Positions 38,988 through 48,273 of a stretch of 64,000 nt of DNA are shown in pieces. Each line of letters opens with the position of its first letter. Position 1 is the first letter of the stretch. Where the stretch lies: the NCBI GenBank assembly GCA_035504945.1, contig DATJRH010000031.1, positions 3,018-67,017 on the forward strand, read 5' to 3'. The translations under genes and the position numbers were made by a program. Below the pieces are notes generated by a model. It was not told where the DNA came from and searched no databases. It was given only the letters and a program-made list of their open reading frames with translations. The DNA is from Candidatus Aquilonibacter sp. (GTDB taxonomy: Bacteria > Verrucomicrobiota > Verrucomicrobiia > Limisphaerales > UBA11358).

Positions 38988-39044
38988 GTAAAATAGTATT
39001 ACCAATGCCTCAAGTGTTACGCAACATAAAAATAGTATTACCAA
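38975..39044. promoter_or_regulatory. Two tandem putative NikR operators
   Basis: 30-bp imperfect direct repeat with 39-bp period: ATGTTAC-N14-GTATTAC (38975-39002) and GTGTTAC-N14-GTATTAC (39014-39041). Confidence 0.7.
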
Positions 39045-39180
39045 CAGCGTGAGTTTGTATTTAAGAATGCTGTAGATTGGTTTATAAATAGCGAAACAGC
39101 GGCAAAATTGGTGTTATGAAAGACAATAATCGTGTGAAGATTTCTGTTGCGCGAGGGCGGCAAAAAGGGAAAATTCAATC

Positions 39181-40248
39181 ATGCAAATTGAAGGCGCGAC
39201 GGCAGCAATGAAATCTCCCGGCAACTTGAAGGGCCGGATTGTTGCCATGTATGCGCTGCTCATCGCGGCCAATGCCGGCGCATGGATTTGGGCGCTGGTT
39301 GCCTTTCATGATTATCCGATTCTGCTGGGCACGGCGCTGCTGGCCTACACATTCGGCCTGCGCCACGCGGTGGACGCCGACCACATCGCGGCGATTGACA
39401 ACGTGACGCGCAAGCTGATGCAGCAAGGCAAACGGCCGGTTGGCGTCGGCTTCTTTTTTTCCCTCGGCCATTCGACCATCGTGGTCGGTTTGTCGGTCGC
39501 CATCGCCCTGACTTCCGTGGCCATCAAGAATCGTTTCAATTTCTTCGAAGCCATCGGCGGAATCATTGGCACCGCCGTCTCCGCATTTTTTCTTCTCGCC
39601 ATCGCCGCCGCGAACCTCATCGTGCTCAAATCGGTCTTTCAAACTTTTCAACGCGTCAAAAGCGGCGGCCGGTTTGTGGACGAGGACCTCAACCTGATTC
39701 TCGCCCAGCGCGGATTTTTCGGACGCATTTTTCGGAATTTGTTCCGGCTGATTGAGCATGGCTGGCAGATGTATCCCATCGGCCTTCTGTTCGGCCTTGG
39801 CTTCGACACCGCAACCGAGGTCGGCCTGCTCGGCATCTCGGCAGCGGAAGCGACCAAAGGTCTTCCGATCTGGTCCATCCTCGTTTTTCCGGCGCTGTTC
39901 ACGGCGGGCATGGCGCTGGTGGATTCGACCGACAACATCCTGATGCTCGGCGCCTACGGCTGGGCTTTCGTGAAACCAATCCGCAAACTTTATTACAACA
40001 TGACCATCACCTTTGTTTCAGTCGTGGTGGCGCTGCTGATTGGCGGAATCGAAGTGCTGGGACTGATTGGCGATCATCTCCAAACCCACGGCGCGCTTTG
40101 GGACATCATCGGCTACTTAAACAACAATTTCGGTGTCATCGGGTTCGTCATCATCGGCGTCTTCGCGGGAAGCTGGATTGTTTCGCTTCTCATTTACCGG
40201 ATGAACCGCTACGACGAAATCAAAGTGAACACCGATTCCGCCGCCTGA
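39181..40248 (+). CDS. High-affinity nickel/cobalt permease (NiCoT; HoxN/HupN/NixA family)
   Basis: GLRHAVDADHI signature, FFSLGHST, LGFDTATE; about 8 TM helices. Start may be 39208. Confidence 0.94.
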   Translation: MQIEGATAAMKSPGNLKGRIVAMYALLIAANAGAWIWALVAFHDYPILLGTALLAYTFGLRHAVDADHIAAIDNVTRKLMQQGKRPVGVGFFFSLGHSTIVVGLSVAIALTSVAIKNRFNFFEAIGGIIGTAVSAFFLLAIAAANLIVLKSVFQTFQRVKSGGRFVDEDLNLILAQRGFFGRIFRNLFRLIEHGWQMYPIGLLFGLGFDTATEVGLLGISAAEATKGLPIWSILVFPALFTAGMALVDSTDNILMLGAYGWAFVKPIRKLYYNMTITFVSVVVALLIGGIEVLGLIGDHLQTHGALWDIIGYLNNNFGVIGFVIIGVFAGSWIVSLLIYRMNRYDEIKVNTDSAA

Positions 40249-40254
40249 AATTTT

Positions 40255-41064
40255 TCAACCCGGACGCCGGTAACCTTGCAAATCCACCGTCACGTGCGCG
40301 TAGCCGATTTCCTTGAGCGCCGCCGCGACTTGTTCAGCCGTGCCATTGCCAAGAAATTTCGGCAATTCCGCCGGGCCAACTTCGATGCGGGCCAGCCACG
40401 TCGGATTTTTTCCCAATTCATGGTGTCGCACGCGCACGTCGTGGAAGCCAAGATCGCGCAAAACATTTTCTGCTGCCTCAACCATCCGCAACTTTTGCGG
40501 GCTGACGATTTCGCCCTGCGGAATGCGCGAGCTCAAGCAGGCCATCTGCGGCTTGTCCGCCGTCGGCAGGCCGAGTTGCGCCGACAATTCGCGGATTTCC
40601 GCCTTCGTCAAGCCAACCTCCTTCAACGGCGCGCGCACCTGAAATTCGCCCGCCGCTTTTGCGCCCGGACGAAAATCGCCGAGGTCGCTCGCGTTTTCAC
40701 CATAGGCAATCACCGAAAAATTTTCGGCCCTGGCGATGGCCGTGAGTTCCTCGAACAACTCGTGTTTGCAAAAATAACAGCGGTTGGCCGGGTTCGCGGT
40801 GTAGTCGGGATTTTCAAACTCCGCAGTCTTCACCACGCGGACGGGAAATTTGAATTGCTCCGCGAGCGCCAGTGCTTCCTTCAATTCGCGCCGCGGCAGA
40901 CTGGGTGAATCGGCGATGACGGCCAAAGTCCGTTTACCCAAAACATCATGCGCCACGCGGGCGAGAAACACCGAATCCACGCCGCCGGAATAGGCGACGA
41001 GACACGAACCGTAGCCGCGAATTTGTTCGCGCAGGCGGTCGAGTTTGTTGGCGACGTGCGTCAT
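40255..41064 (-). CDS. larE: NPN cofactor sulfur transferase LarE
   Basis: PP-loop AYSGGVDS, RCYFCK, D.RPG, ACLSSRIP, VRVRHH. Confidence 0.93.
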   Translation of the reverse strand: MTHVANKLDRLREQIRGYGSCLVAYSGGVDSVFLARVAHDVLGKRTLAVIADSPSLPRRELKEALALAEQFKFPVRVVKTAEFENPDYTANPANRCYFCKHELFEELTAIARAENFSVIAYGENASDLGDFRPGAKAAGEFQVRAPLKEVGLTKAEIRELSAQLGLPTADKPQMACLSSRIPQGEIVSPQKLRMVEAAENVLRDLGFHDVRVRHHELGKNPTWLARIEVGPAELPKFLGNGTAEQVAAALKEIGYAHVTVDLQGYRRPG

Positions 41065-42317
41065 GATTTCAATTGTTTTGCGTTTTTGATGGCCGCGTCG
41101 TAAATCTGTTTCAATGGAATTTTGTTCCGCTCCGCCAATTCCCGGCAGGATTCAAATTCCGGCGCGGCCTGAATCACTTTACCACCAAGCCGGCCAATTT
41201 TCACCGTGACTTTTCCGAACGGTGTTTTGACCTCGGCAAATTCCCGGCGCAATTTCCGCCGCTCGGCGATGGTCCGGCGCACGCCGAACGCCGTGGTCTC
41301 GTGCAAAATCATTTCGGAAAATTTGTCCGCAGCCGTTTCCGCGCACAAAACCGTCAGCAAAACTCCGGGACGATTTTTTTTCATCTGGATCGGCGTGTGA
41401 AAAACGTCCAACGCGCCGGCGGCGAGCGCGGTTTCGACAAAATGGCCGAGAATTTCGCCGACGCAATCGTCGAGGTTCGTTTCCAAAACTGCAATTCGAT
41501 CCGTTTCCCAATCCAAGCTTGCCGAGATTTTGGATTGCGCGCCCAGCACGGCGCGCAAAACATTCGGACGCGACTTGTTCTCGCGCGTGCCGAGGCCGAA
41601 GCCGATTTTTTCTGCCGTCAAATTCTCCATCGGGCCGAAGCTTTCGGCAAATTCCGCGAGCAGCGCCGCGCCGGTTGGCGTGATAAGTTCGTGCGGCTCG
41701 TCGCATTGCGTGACGCCGATGCCGCGCGCGCCGAGAATTGCCAGCGTCGCGGGCGCGGGAACGGGAAACCGCCCGTGTGCGCAGTCAATCCAGCCGGTGC
41801 CCTCGACGACGGGCGCGGCGAGCACGCGCGGTTTGCCGAGCAATTCCAGCGCGATGCAAGCGCCGACGATGTCCACTATGGAATCCACCGCGCCGACTTC
41901 GTGAAAATGGACTTCTTCCGGCGGCAGCCCGTGGATTTTTCCCTCGGCCTCGGCGATGCGATGGAAAACAGCAATGGATTTTTGTTTCACCCACGCCGAC
42001 AATTTGCTGCGCGAAATCAAATTTTTGATTTCGGAAAAATTCCGGTTGTCGTCGTGATGATGGTGATGTTCGTGGTGATGACCGTGATCGTGGTCGTGAT
42101 AGTGTCCGTGTTCATGCGCGTCCGCCAGATGAACGTCGAACTTGACGCCTTCGATGCCGGATTTTTGCCGGCGCGCAATGTGCAAATGAAAATCGTCCAG
42201 CTTCAATTTCGCCAGCTCGCGTTCGAGCTTTTCCTCGTCCACGCCCAAATCAATCAGCGCGCCGATGAACATGTCGCCGGCGATGCCGCTGAAAATGTCG
42301 AGGTAAAGCGTTTTCAT
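41061..42317 (-). CDS. larC: NPN cofactor nickel insertase LarC
   Basis: YLD.FSGIAGDM, His-rich tract, HFHEVGAVDSIVDI, PVPAPAT, TPTGAA, ETNLDD, MKKNRPG, PEFE. Confidence 0.95.
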   Translation of the reverse strand: MKTLYLDIFSGIAGDMFIGALIDLGVDEEKLERELAKLKLDDFHLHIARRQKSGIEGVKFDVHLADAHEHGHYHDHDHGHHHEHHHHHDDNRNFSEIKNLISRSKLSAWVKQKSIAVFHRIAEAEGKIHGLPPEEVHFHEVGAVDSIVDIVGACIALELLGKPRVLAAPVVEGTGWIDCAHGRFPVPAPATLAILGARGIGVTQCDEPHELITPTGAALLAEFAESFGPMENLTAEKIGFGLGTRENKSRPNVLRAVLGAQSKISASLDWETDRIAVLETNLDDCVGEILGHFVETALAAGALDVFHTPIQMKKNRPGVLLTVLCAETAADKFSEMILHETTAFGVRRTIAERRKLRREFAEVKTPFGKVTVKIGRLGGKVIQAAPEFESCRELAERNKIPLKQIYDAAIKNAKQLKS

Positions 42318-43069
42318 TTTTCGATGAGCGCATTTATCTGCGCCGCCGCGAATCCCGCGCCGAAGCCGTTGTCAATGTTGACGACCGTCACGCCGCTGCC
42401 GCAACTGTTCAACATGCCGAGCAGCGCGGCCACGCCGCCGAAGCTCGCGCCGTAACCGATGCTGGTCGGCACGGCAATGACCGGCTTGGAAACCAGGCCG
42501 GCGACGACGCTTGGCAGCGCGCCTTCCATGCCGGCGACGACGACGAGCACGTTCGCCTTTTGAATCGTTTCCAATTTGCCGAGCACCCGGTGCAAGCCGG
42601 ACACGCCGACATCGGCCACGCGCTCGACGCGATTGCCCATGATTTCCGCCGTCACCGCCGCTTCCTCGGCCACGGGCAAATCGCTCGTGCCGGCGCAAAT
42701 CACCACGATGACGCCGGGCCGTTTCGGCAGCGGCTTTTCCTCGATGGTGACGCAGTGCGCAAGTTCGTGATGGACGGCGCGCTTGAATTTTTTCCGCAAC
42801 TGCCGCGCCTGTTCCGGTGTGACACGGGTGACGAGAACGCGACCGTCGTGCTGGAGCAGATTGGCGGCGATTTTCAAAATCTGCGCGGAAGTTTTGCCTG
42901 CGCCGAAAATGACTTCGGGAAAACCCTTGCGCAGGGCGCGATGCGTGTCCACGCGCGCGAAGCCGAGGTCGGCGAACGGCGCGGCCTGGAAAGCGCGCAA
43001 CACTGCGTCGCGGCTGGTCTTTCCGGCGCGAAACTGGTCGAGCAATTTGGCGGCTTCGGTGGTTGTCAC
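42314..43069 (-). CDS. larB: NPN cofactor carboxylase/hydrolase LarB
   Basis: D.HR..RKGFPEV, AGTSDLPVAEEA, DVGVSGLHR, AGMEGAL, PTSIGYG, NIDNGFGA. Confidence 0.95.
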   Translation of the reverse strand: MTTTEAAKLLDQFRAGKTSRDAVLRAFQAAPFADLGFARVDTHRALRKGFPEVIFGAGKTSAQILKIAANLLQHDGRVLVTRVTPEQARQLRKKFKRAVHHELAHCVTIEEKPLPKRPGVIVVICAGTSDLPVAEEAAVTAEIMGNRVERVADVGVSGLHRVLGKLETIQKANVLVVVAGMEGALPSVVAGLVSKPVIAVPTSIGYGASFGGVAALLGMLNSCGSGVTVVNIDNGFGAGFAAAQINALIEK

Positions 43070-43133
43070 AACTTAACCATGTCAGAGAACCGCCGTGCCG
43101 TCACGCCGGAAATCAAATGCGCGGCGTTTCGAT

Positions 43134-46100
43134 TTACTGCAACTGAAGCCGGAAGAACAACTGGGAATTGGTGGCCGGCAGATTGGTGCAACTGAAATTG
43201 CCGCCGGCATCGAAGCAGTTGCTTGAAACAATCGTCCAATTGCTCAACGGCAAAGTGAGGTCGGTCGAGCACAAAACATAGTAATTCCAATTGGCGACGC
43301 CGTTGCTGCCGCAGAAATTAAGACTGTTTCCGTTCATCGTCAACCCGGCGAAGACCGGCGGCGGTGTTGGCGAGGCGACGACGCTCAACGAGCCGCTGCT
43401 CAAGGTGCTTGTGTCCCATGCGAGGTTGAGTCCCGGAATCGCCGGAATGATGTTTGTGAACGCGCCCGAATAGCCGGCGGCATTGAACAGCTTGAAGCTG
43501 TCGCCAGCGGCATACGAGCCGCCGAGATTGGTGATGACCAGCGTGCCGCCGTAAGTCACTGTGCCGGTGACCTGCGCGAAGTCGCTCTTCAATTGCGATT
43601 TGCTGATTCCCATCCGCGTGACGCTGCCGCCGTTCAACGTGAGATTGTTATTGAAAGTCATCGTCGTCAACGCGCCGCCCGGCGCGAGTGTCGCGCCGTT
43701 GCCGACAACAACATTTCCGCTGACCGTGCCGTTGCCGGTCAGGCTCTGGCCGTTGGCCAAAGTCAGCGTGCTGTCGATACGCGCGCTCGTGTCCAAGGTT
43801 GTGCCGGAGGCAACGGTGATTAACGGACTGTTCGCGAAGGCACCGTTGCCGCTCAAGGCCAGTCGTCCGGCGTTGATGGTCGTGTTGCCAGTGTAAGTGT
43901 TCACGGCGGTGAGGGTGGCTGTGCCGGAACCGTTCTGCATCAAAACGCCGTTGCCGGAAATGATTCCCGACAAAGTCTGCGCCGCAGAACTGCCGAAGTT
44001 GAAAATGCCGTTGTTGGTGATGTTGCCCGCATAAGAGCCATTGCCCAATTTCCCAGCGCCGCCAATTGTCAACGTGCCGCCGGTGATGATGGTGTTGCCG
44101 GTATAAGTGCTGGTTGCGGTAAGAACGTTGCTTCCGCGGCTTACCAGCAGAATGCCAGAGCCGCTGATGGCGTTGGCGACAGTGGCGCCCTGGCCGCCGG
44201 CGAAACTCAAAGCGGCGTTGTTGGTCACGTTCCCCGTGCCCAGCGGCGAGGTCCATGCGCTGGTGTCGTTGGCCGCACCCACTTGAAGCACGCCATTGCT
44301 GACGAGCGTGCCGCCAGTGTAGGTGTTGTTATTGTCCAAGGCCATGACGCCGTTGCCGGTTTTGATAATTCCCGTGTCGCCTTCGGAGGTGCCGTGAATC
44401 AAAGAGCCATAGACGATCAAATCAACACCGCCGGCCGTGCCGCCGTTGGTCACATTGAAAATGGTCCCGCCGGTTTCGCTCGGATCCGGCCAGCAATTGG
44501 TGATAACGGAGGTGATGGGCGCCGGCGGATTTCCGACGGCGAGGCCGCCGTCCAAATCCCAGGTGCCGTATTTGGTGTCATTCTGGTAATTGCCGTTCAT
44601 CGTCAGTGTGCCGCCGTTGAGCGTCAGCAGGCCGCGAAGATGGCTGTTGGAGCCGTTGCCAGTGTCGGCTGAAGCCGGGCCGGTCAATGTGCCGCCGGCG
44701 TTGATGGTCACTGGCAAGGTGTTGGCGGCACCGGAACCGCTCAAGGCGTTGTCAATGTTGATTTGAACAACAGCATTGGAATTGATGGTCAGCCGGCTGC
44801 TCTGATAAATGCCACTATTTGCGCTGTTGGCTCCGCCCAAGGCAAGCGTGCCGGAGTTAACGATGGTCGGGCCGGTAAATGTTTCGGCATTGCTCAAGGT
44901 CAACGTGCCGGGACCGTTTTGAACCAAAGTGCCGGAACCGGAAATAACCGCGTAATTTGTCTGCGACGTCGAAGTGCTGTAATTCAGCGTGCCGTTGTTG
45001 AGGATGGTCGCGACGGCGGTGCTCTGATCGTAACTTGCGCCGTCCAATTGTCCCGCACCGCCAATCGTCAGCGCGCCGCTGTTGTTGAGGTTGCCGGTAA
45101 ATGTGTTCGCGCCATTCAAATTGACCGCGCCGTTAAATGTCAGCGTCGCGCTGCCGGGGCCGGAAATGGCTCCCGACAGCGTGAGCGGGTTGGCAGAATT
45201 GTTGGCGACGGTAAGATTGGTCGTTACGGAAACCGGCGCGCTTATCGTATCGCCGGTGCTCGAAGAAAGTTGCGTCAGCGTGGCTGAATTGGTGCCGTTG
45301 AAGGTGAGCGAACCGCCGTTGGCGGCGAGGGTGTAAGCAGCCAGCCCGTTGGCGTCGCCGATTTGCAACGCGCCAATGGTGATGGGCTGGTTCAAATTGA
45401 TGGTCTGCGGCGCTGCGAGTCCGGCGTGGATGATTGCCAGTTCGCTGCTGGTGTTCGGAAACACGGTGGCGTTGGTCCAGTTGGCGTTGACGTTCCAGCT
45501 TTGCGGGCCAGAAGTAATGGTGTTATTCCAGTAAGCGGTCACAGGCGCACCCGAAACGACGAGTGATACCGTCGCGGTGTTGGTCTGGTTTCCGTCAACA
45601 CCGCTGATGAGCAGCGGATAGGTGCCCGGCGGCGTGTTGATAGAGGTGGTGATGTTCAAGGTCGAATTGCCGGAATTGCTCAACGATGGCGGAACAAAAA
45701 CGCCGTTCGCGCCGGAAGGCAGGCCGCTAACGGTAAGAGTCACGCTGCCGGTGAAGGCGCTGTTGGTCGTAACTGTGGCCGTGAAGTTTGTGGCGTTGCC
45801 TTGAATCACGATTTGCGATGATGGGCTGGCGGTGACGAGAAAGCCGCCATTCATGACGCTGATGTTCACGGCAGTGGAGGTGGCCGTGTAATTGTTCGTG
45901 TCGGTGGCCACGGCGGTCAGTGCCCAATTGCCGGCGGGCACGTTGCTCCAAGTCACGCGGTAAGGGCTGTTGCTGCTGGTGCCGAGGCAAGTGCTCGCGT
46001 TGGCATAGAAGTCCACCCGGCTGATTTGACTGTTCGTTGAGCCGGCGGCGGCTTGCAAAGTGATATTTGTGCCGGCAGGGAAAACGGAGCCGTCCGCCGG

Positions 46101-47732
46101 ATTGGTGAGGGCGACGGAAATGTCCACCGGCGCAATGGTGTATAATTCGATGCCGGTGCCGGTGCCAAGATTTCGCGAGTATTGTTTGTTGGTTGAATTG
46201 TTCCAATGTTCCCAAACGCCGAGGCTGGAGATCGGTGTTCCATCAGGTTCATAAACCGTGCCGGAATAACTTGCCCAGGAAGGCCAAGTGTTGGTGTTGG
46301 CCAAGGCCGCTTCTTCCAGGTAATTGTCGCAATTATAGCTGTCGCCACCGCCGAGGCTGGTGCCAAATTCGCTGGTCAAGAAATCTACGCCGACTGAATC
46401 AATGGCCACCGGGTCGAACGACATGAAATAACTCGACGACCACTGGCCGTTGAAGAGATTATTCCAAGCCGCGTTCGATGCCGTGACGGTGTCGTTCGCG
46501 TTTTTTGTGCCGAACAACCCGTCAATCATGAACAAAATAGTTTTGCCGCCGAGTTGTTTCGTGCCGATGAGGTCCACGAGCGGGGAATAGCGGCCCATGG
46601 TGTATTTGTAGTCGCTCAGGTAGGTGTTGTGGTCGCGGCCATTGACGCTGCCGTAATGATTTTTGGCCGTCAGTGTGACACCGCCGTTCGGATGGCCTTT
46701 CATCAAGGACATATTAACGATGTAGGTGGAATTAATCACCTGTTGGGGGATGTTGGTGCCGCCGCTGCCCGCTTCGGTGTTGACAGCGGAATATTGGAAC
46801 CCGCTGGGCACCCAAACCACTTTTTGGCAAATACCGTTCGTGCCAGCGTTGTCCATCCAAATCACGCTTGGAAATTGCGACTGGCAATAGGTGATGATGT
46901 GATTGGGAAGGTAACGAACGGCTTCATAGACCATGATTTTGTTTTGCGGCACGCCCGCTTGATTGACCAGTTCGTTGAGCATCGCCAGAACGGATTGGGG
47001 ATCGGCGTCAATTTGATTCAAATTGGTTTCGCCGGTGTTCCCGCCGTAGGCGTTGTTGCAATTGATTTTCAGGGCAATGGATTCGCCAGTCTGGTAGCCG
47101 ACGTTGCCGCGACCGTGAGTGTTGTTGTAATAATGGAAAATCAAATCCCACGCCTGGCTGTCATTGGTCCCGCCGGTCAGCGCCTGCAACGAACGCGACA
47201 TCATGCTTTCCACCACCGACTGATTGATGTTGGTCGCGTCCCAATAATGGTGGCCGTTGGCGGAAGAAGTGCCATCCCACGGCGTCGCATTGGTGTCGCG
47301 TATCCATGTGACGCGACCGGGGAAAATTCCTCTGGCCACGCCCAGCGGCGAATTGGCCGGCGGCGGGGAATAAGGCGGATTGGCTGCCATCGCACGCCAA
47401 ACCCAGGTTAGCAAAACCAACGCCATCAAAATTCCCGATCCCGTAAAGACGAGACGCCGACGTTTTTTCCACCACGCGCCCAGCCATGCCGCCAGACTGG
47501 CTTTCAAACCCAAGAGCCAGATGATGCACGTGGACGCCATCGGAAACGCCGCCTGTTGACAGGGATAGGTGGCGCGAATGGGTTTGGGAATGACGCGCAC
47601 GAAGAACCACGCCACGGACATCGCGCCCATCACCTGAACTACGAACCGGAACCAGCGCAACCGAAGGCGGGATTGTTCACACGACTGGCCGTTGGCAGTC
47701 CAATCGTGCCAGAACTTGAAGAAGGTTTTCAT
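43134..47732 (-). CDS. 1532-aa exported protein: DUF362 domain, Ig-like domains, autotransporter-associated beta-strand repeats, C-terminal domain
   Basis: RVIPKP.RA.YPCQ N-terminal motif with TM helices; GIFPGRV.W, IALKIN.NN, MKGH..GGVTLTAKNHYG, DPVAIDSV; Ig-like (VALTNPADGSVF...LTAVATD); repeated G.GTLTL...NT(Y/F)TG; C-terminal STDL..P..NW...FFRL. Confidence 0.85.
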   Translation of the reverse strand: MKTFFKFWHDWTANGQSCEQSRLRLRWFRFVVQVMGAMSVAWFFVRVIPKPIRATYPCQQAAFPMASTCIIWLLGLKASLAAWLGAWWKKRRRLVFTGSGILMALVLLTWVWRAMAANPPYSPPPANSPLGVARGIFPGRVTWIRDTNATPWDGTSSANGHHYWDATNINQSVVESMMSRSLQALTGGTNDSQAWDLIFHYYNNTHGRGNVGYQTGESIALKINCNNAYGGNTGETNLNQIDADPQSVLAMLNELVNQAGVPQNKIMVYEAVRYLPNHIITYCQSQFPSVIWMDNAGTNGICQKVVWVPSGFQYSAVNTEAGSGGTNIPQQVINSTYIVNMSLMKGHPNGGVTLTAKNHYGSVNGRDHNTYLSDYKYTMGRYSPLVDLIGTKQLGGKTILFMIDGLFGTKNANDTVTASNAAWNNLFNGQWSSSYFMSFDPVAIDSVGVDFLTSEFGTSLGGGDSYNCDNYLEEAALANTNTWPSWASYSGTVYEPDGTPISSLGVWEHWNNSTNKQYSRNLGTGTGIELYTIAPVDISVALTNPADGSVFPAGTNITLQAAAGSTNSQISRVDFYANASTCLGTSSNSPYRVTWSNVPAGNWALTAVATDTNNYTATSTAVNISVMNGGFLVTASPSSQIVIQGNATNFTATVTTNSAFTGSVTLTVSGLPSGANGVFVPPSLSNSGNSTLNITTSINTPPGTYPLLISGVDGNQTNTATVSLVVSGAPVTAYWNNTITSGPQSWNVNANWTNATVFPNTSSELAIIHAGLAAPQTINLNQPITIGALQIGDANGLAAYTLAANGGSLTFNGTNSATLTQLSSSTGDTISAPVSVTTNLTVANNSANPLTLSGAISGPGSATLTFNGAVNLNGANTFTGNLNNSGALTIGGAGQLDGASYDQSTAVATILNNGTLNYSTSTSQTNYAVISGSGTLVQNGPGTLTLSNAETFTGPTIVNSGTLALGGANSANSGIYQSSRLTINSNAVVQINIDNALSGSGAANTLPVTINAGGTLTGPASADTGNGSNSHLRGLLTLNGGTLTMNGNYQNDTKYGTWDLDGGLAVGNPPAPITSVITNCWPDPSETGGTIFNVTNGGTAGGVDLIVYGSLIHGTSEGDTGIIKTGNGVMALDNNNTYTGGTLVSNGVLQVGAANDTSAWTSPLGTGNVTNNAALSFAGGQGATVANAISGSGILLVSRGSNVLTATSTYTGNTIITGGTLTIGGAGKLGNGSYAGNITNNGIFNFGSSAAQTLSGIISGNGVLMQNGSGTATLTAVNTYTGNTTINAGRLALSGNGAFANSPLITVASGTTLDTSARIDSTLTLANGQSLTGNGTVSGNVVVGNGATLAPGGALTTMTFNNNLTLNGGSVTRMGISKSQLKSDFAQVTGTVTYGGTLVITNLGGSYAAGDSFKLFNAAGYSGAFTNIIPAIPGLNLAWDTSTLSSGSLSVVASPTPPPVFAGLTMNGNSLNFCGSNGVANWNYYVLCSTDLTLPLSNWTIVSSNCFDAGGNFSCTNLPATNSQLFFRLQLQ

Positions 47733-48273
47733 AAGTTACCTGTCCGCGGCATTGCAACCGGCGCAAATTTCAGACACTTCCAGACACAAATACAAAACCA
47801 CACGGTCTCGTAGGAATTTAACGTCTCCACAACAATGACGCTTCCACTTGATTGCCAAAAACTAACCGTAAATTGTCATTTCTGGAGAAGCCCAACCGGC
47901 AAGATTTGGAAAAACGAGTTCAGGACTTTTTGAAATTTTAATGATGTCACAGTTTTAACAGCATCAGGCCACGCTTCTTTTCATGCACCGCGAATAATTC
48001 AATGCCCTTGCCCCTGCGGTTCATATTGCGGCTATATTGTTTGTCGATCGCGTGGGTTCCAATGTTCGTGGACGCCGCCGCCGCTGTTGGTCAGAAATGT
48101 GCCGAACTCGGAATGCAGAAAATCGCAACCAACCGAATCAATCGTCAACTGATCCCGCGGCTTGAAAGAACCGACAACCATTGGCCGCCAAAATGATTTT
48201 TCCAGCCCGCGAACCCTGCGATCGCCGGGTCGTTTGCGTCGCGTACGACATATAGTTTTGCGGTTTGCCCAAA

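Noticed and set aside
38976..39044. 30-bp direct repeat as a possible CRISPR remnant
   Set aside because: Only two imperfect copies, 9 nt apart, and no cas genes; an operator pair explains it better.
42050..42120. GTGATG-type repeats in larC
   Set aside because: They simply encode the His-rich tract expected in LarC.
48002..48196. 64-aa ORF in the spacer upstream of the DUF362 gene
   Set aside because: No motif or translation signal; more likely non-coding.
48200..48272. Minus-strand GGGCAAACC...GACGCAAA resembling a c-di-GMP-I riboswitch upstream of the DUF362 gene
   Set aside because: No P2 stem with GNRA tetraloop and no convincing P3. It lies just after the DUF2721 stop and about 470 bp from the gene. 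A covariance-model search would settle it.
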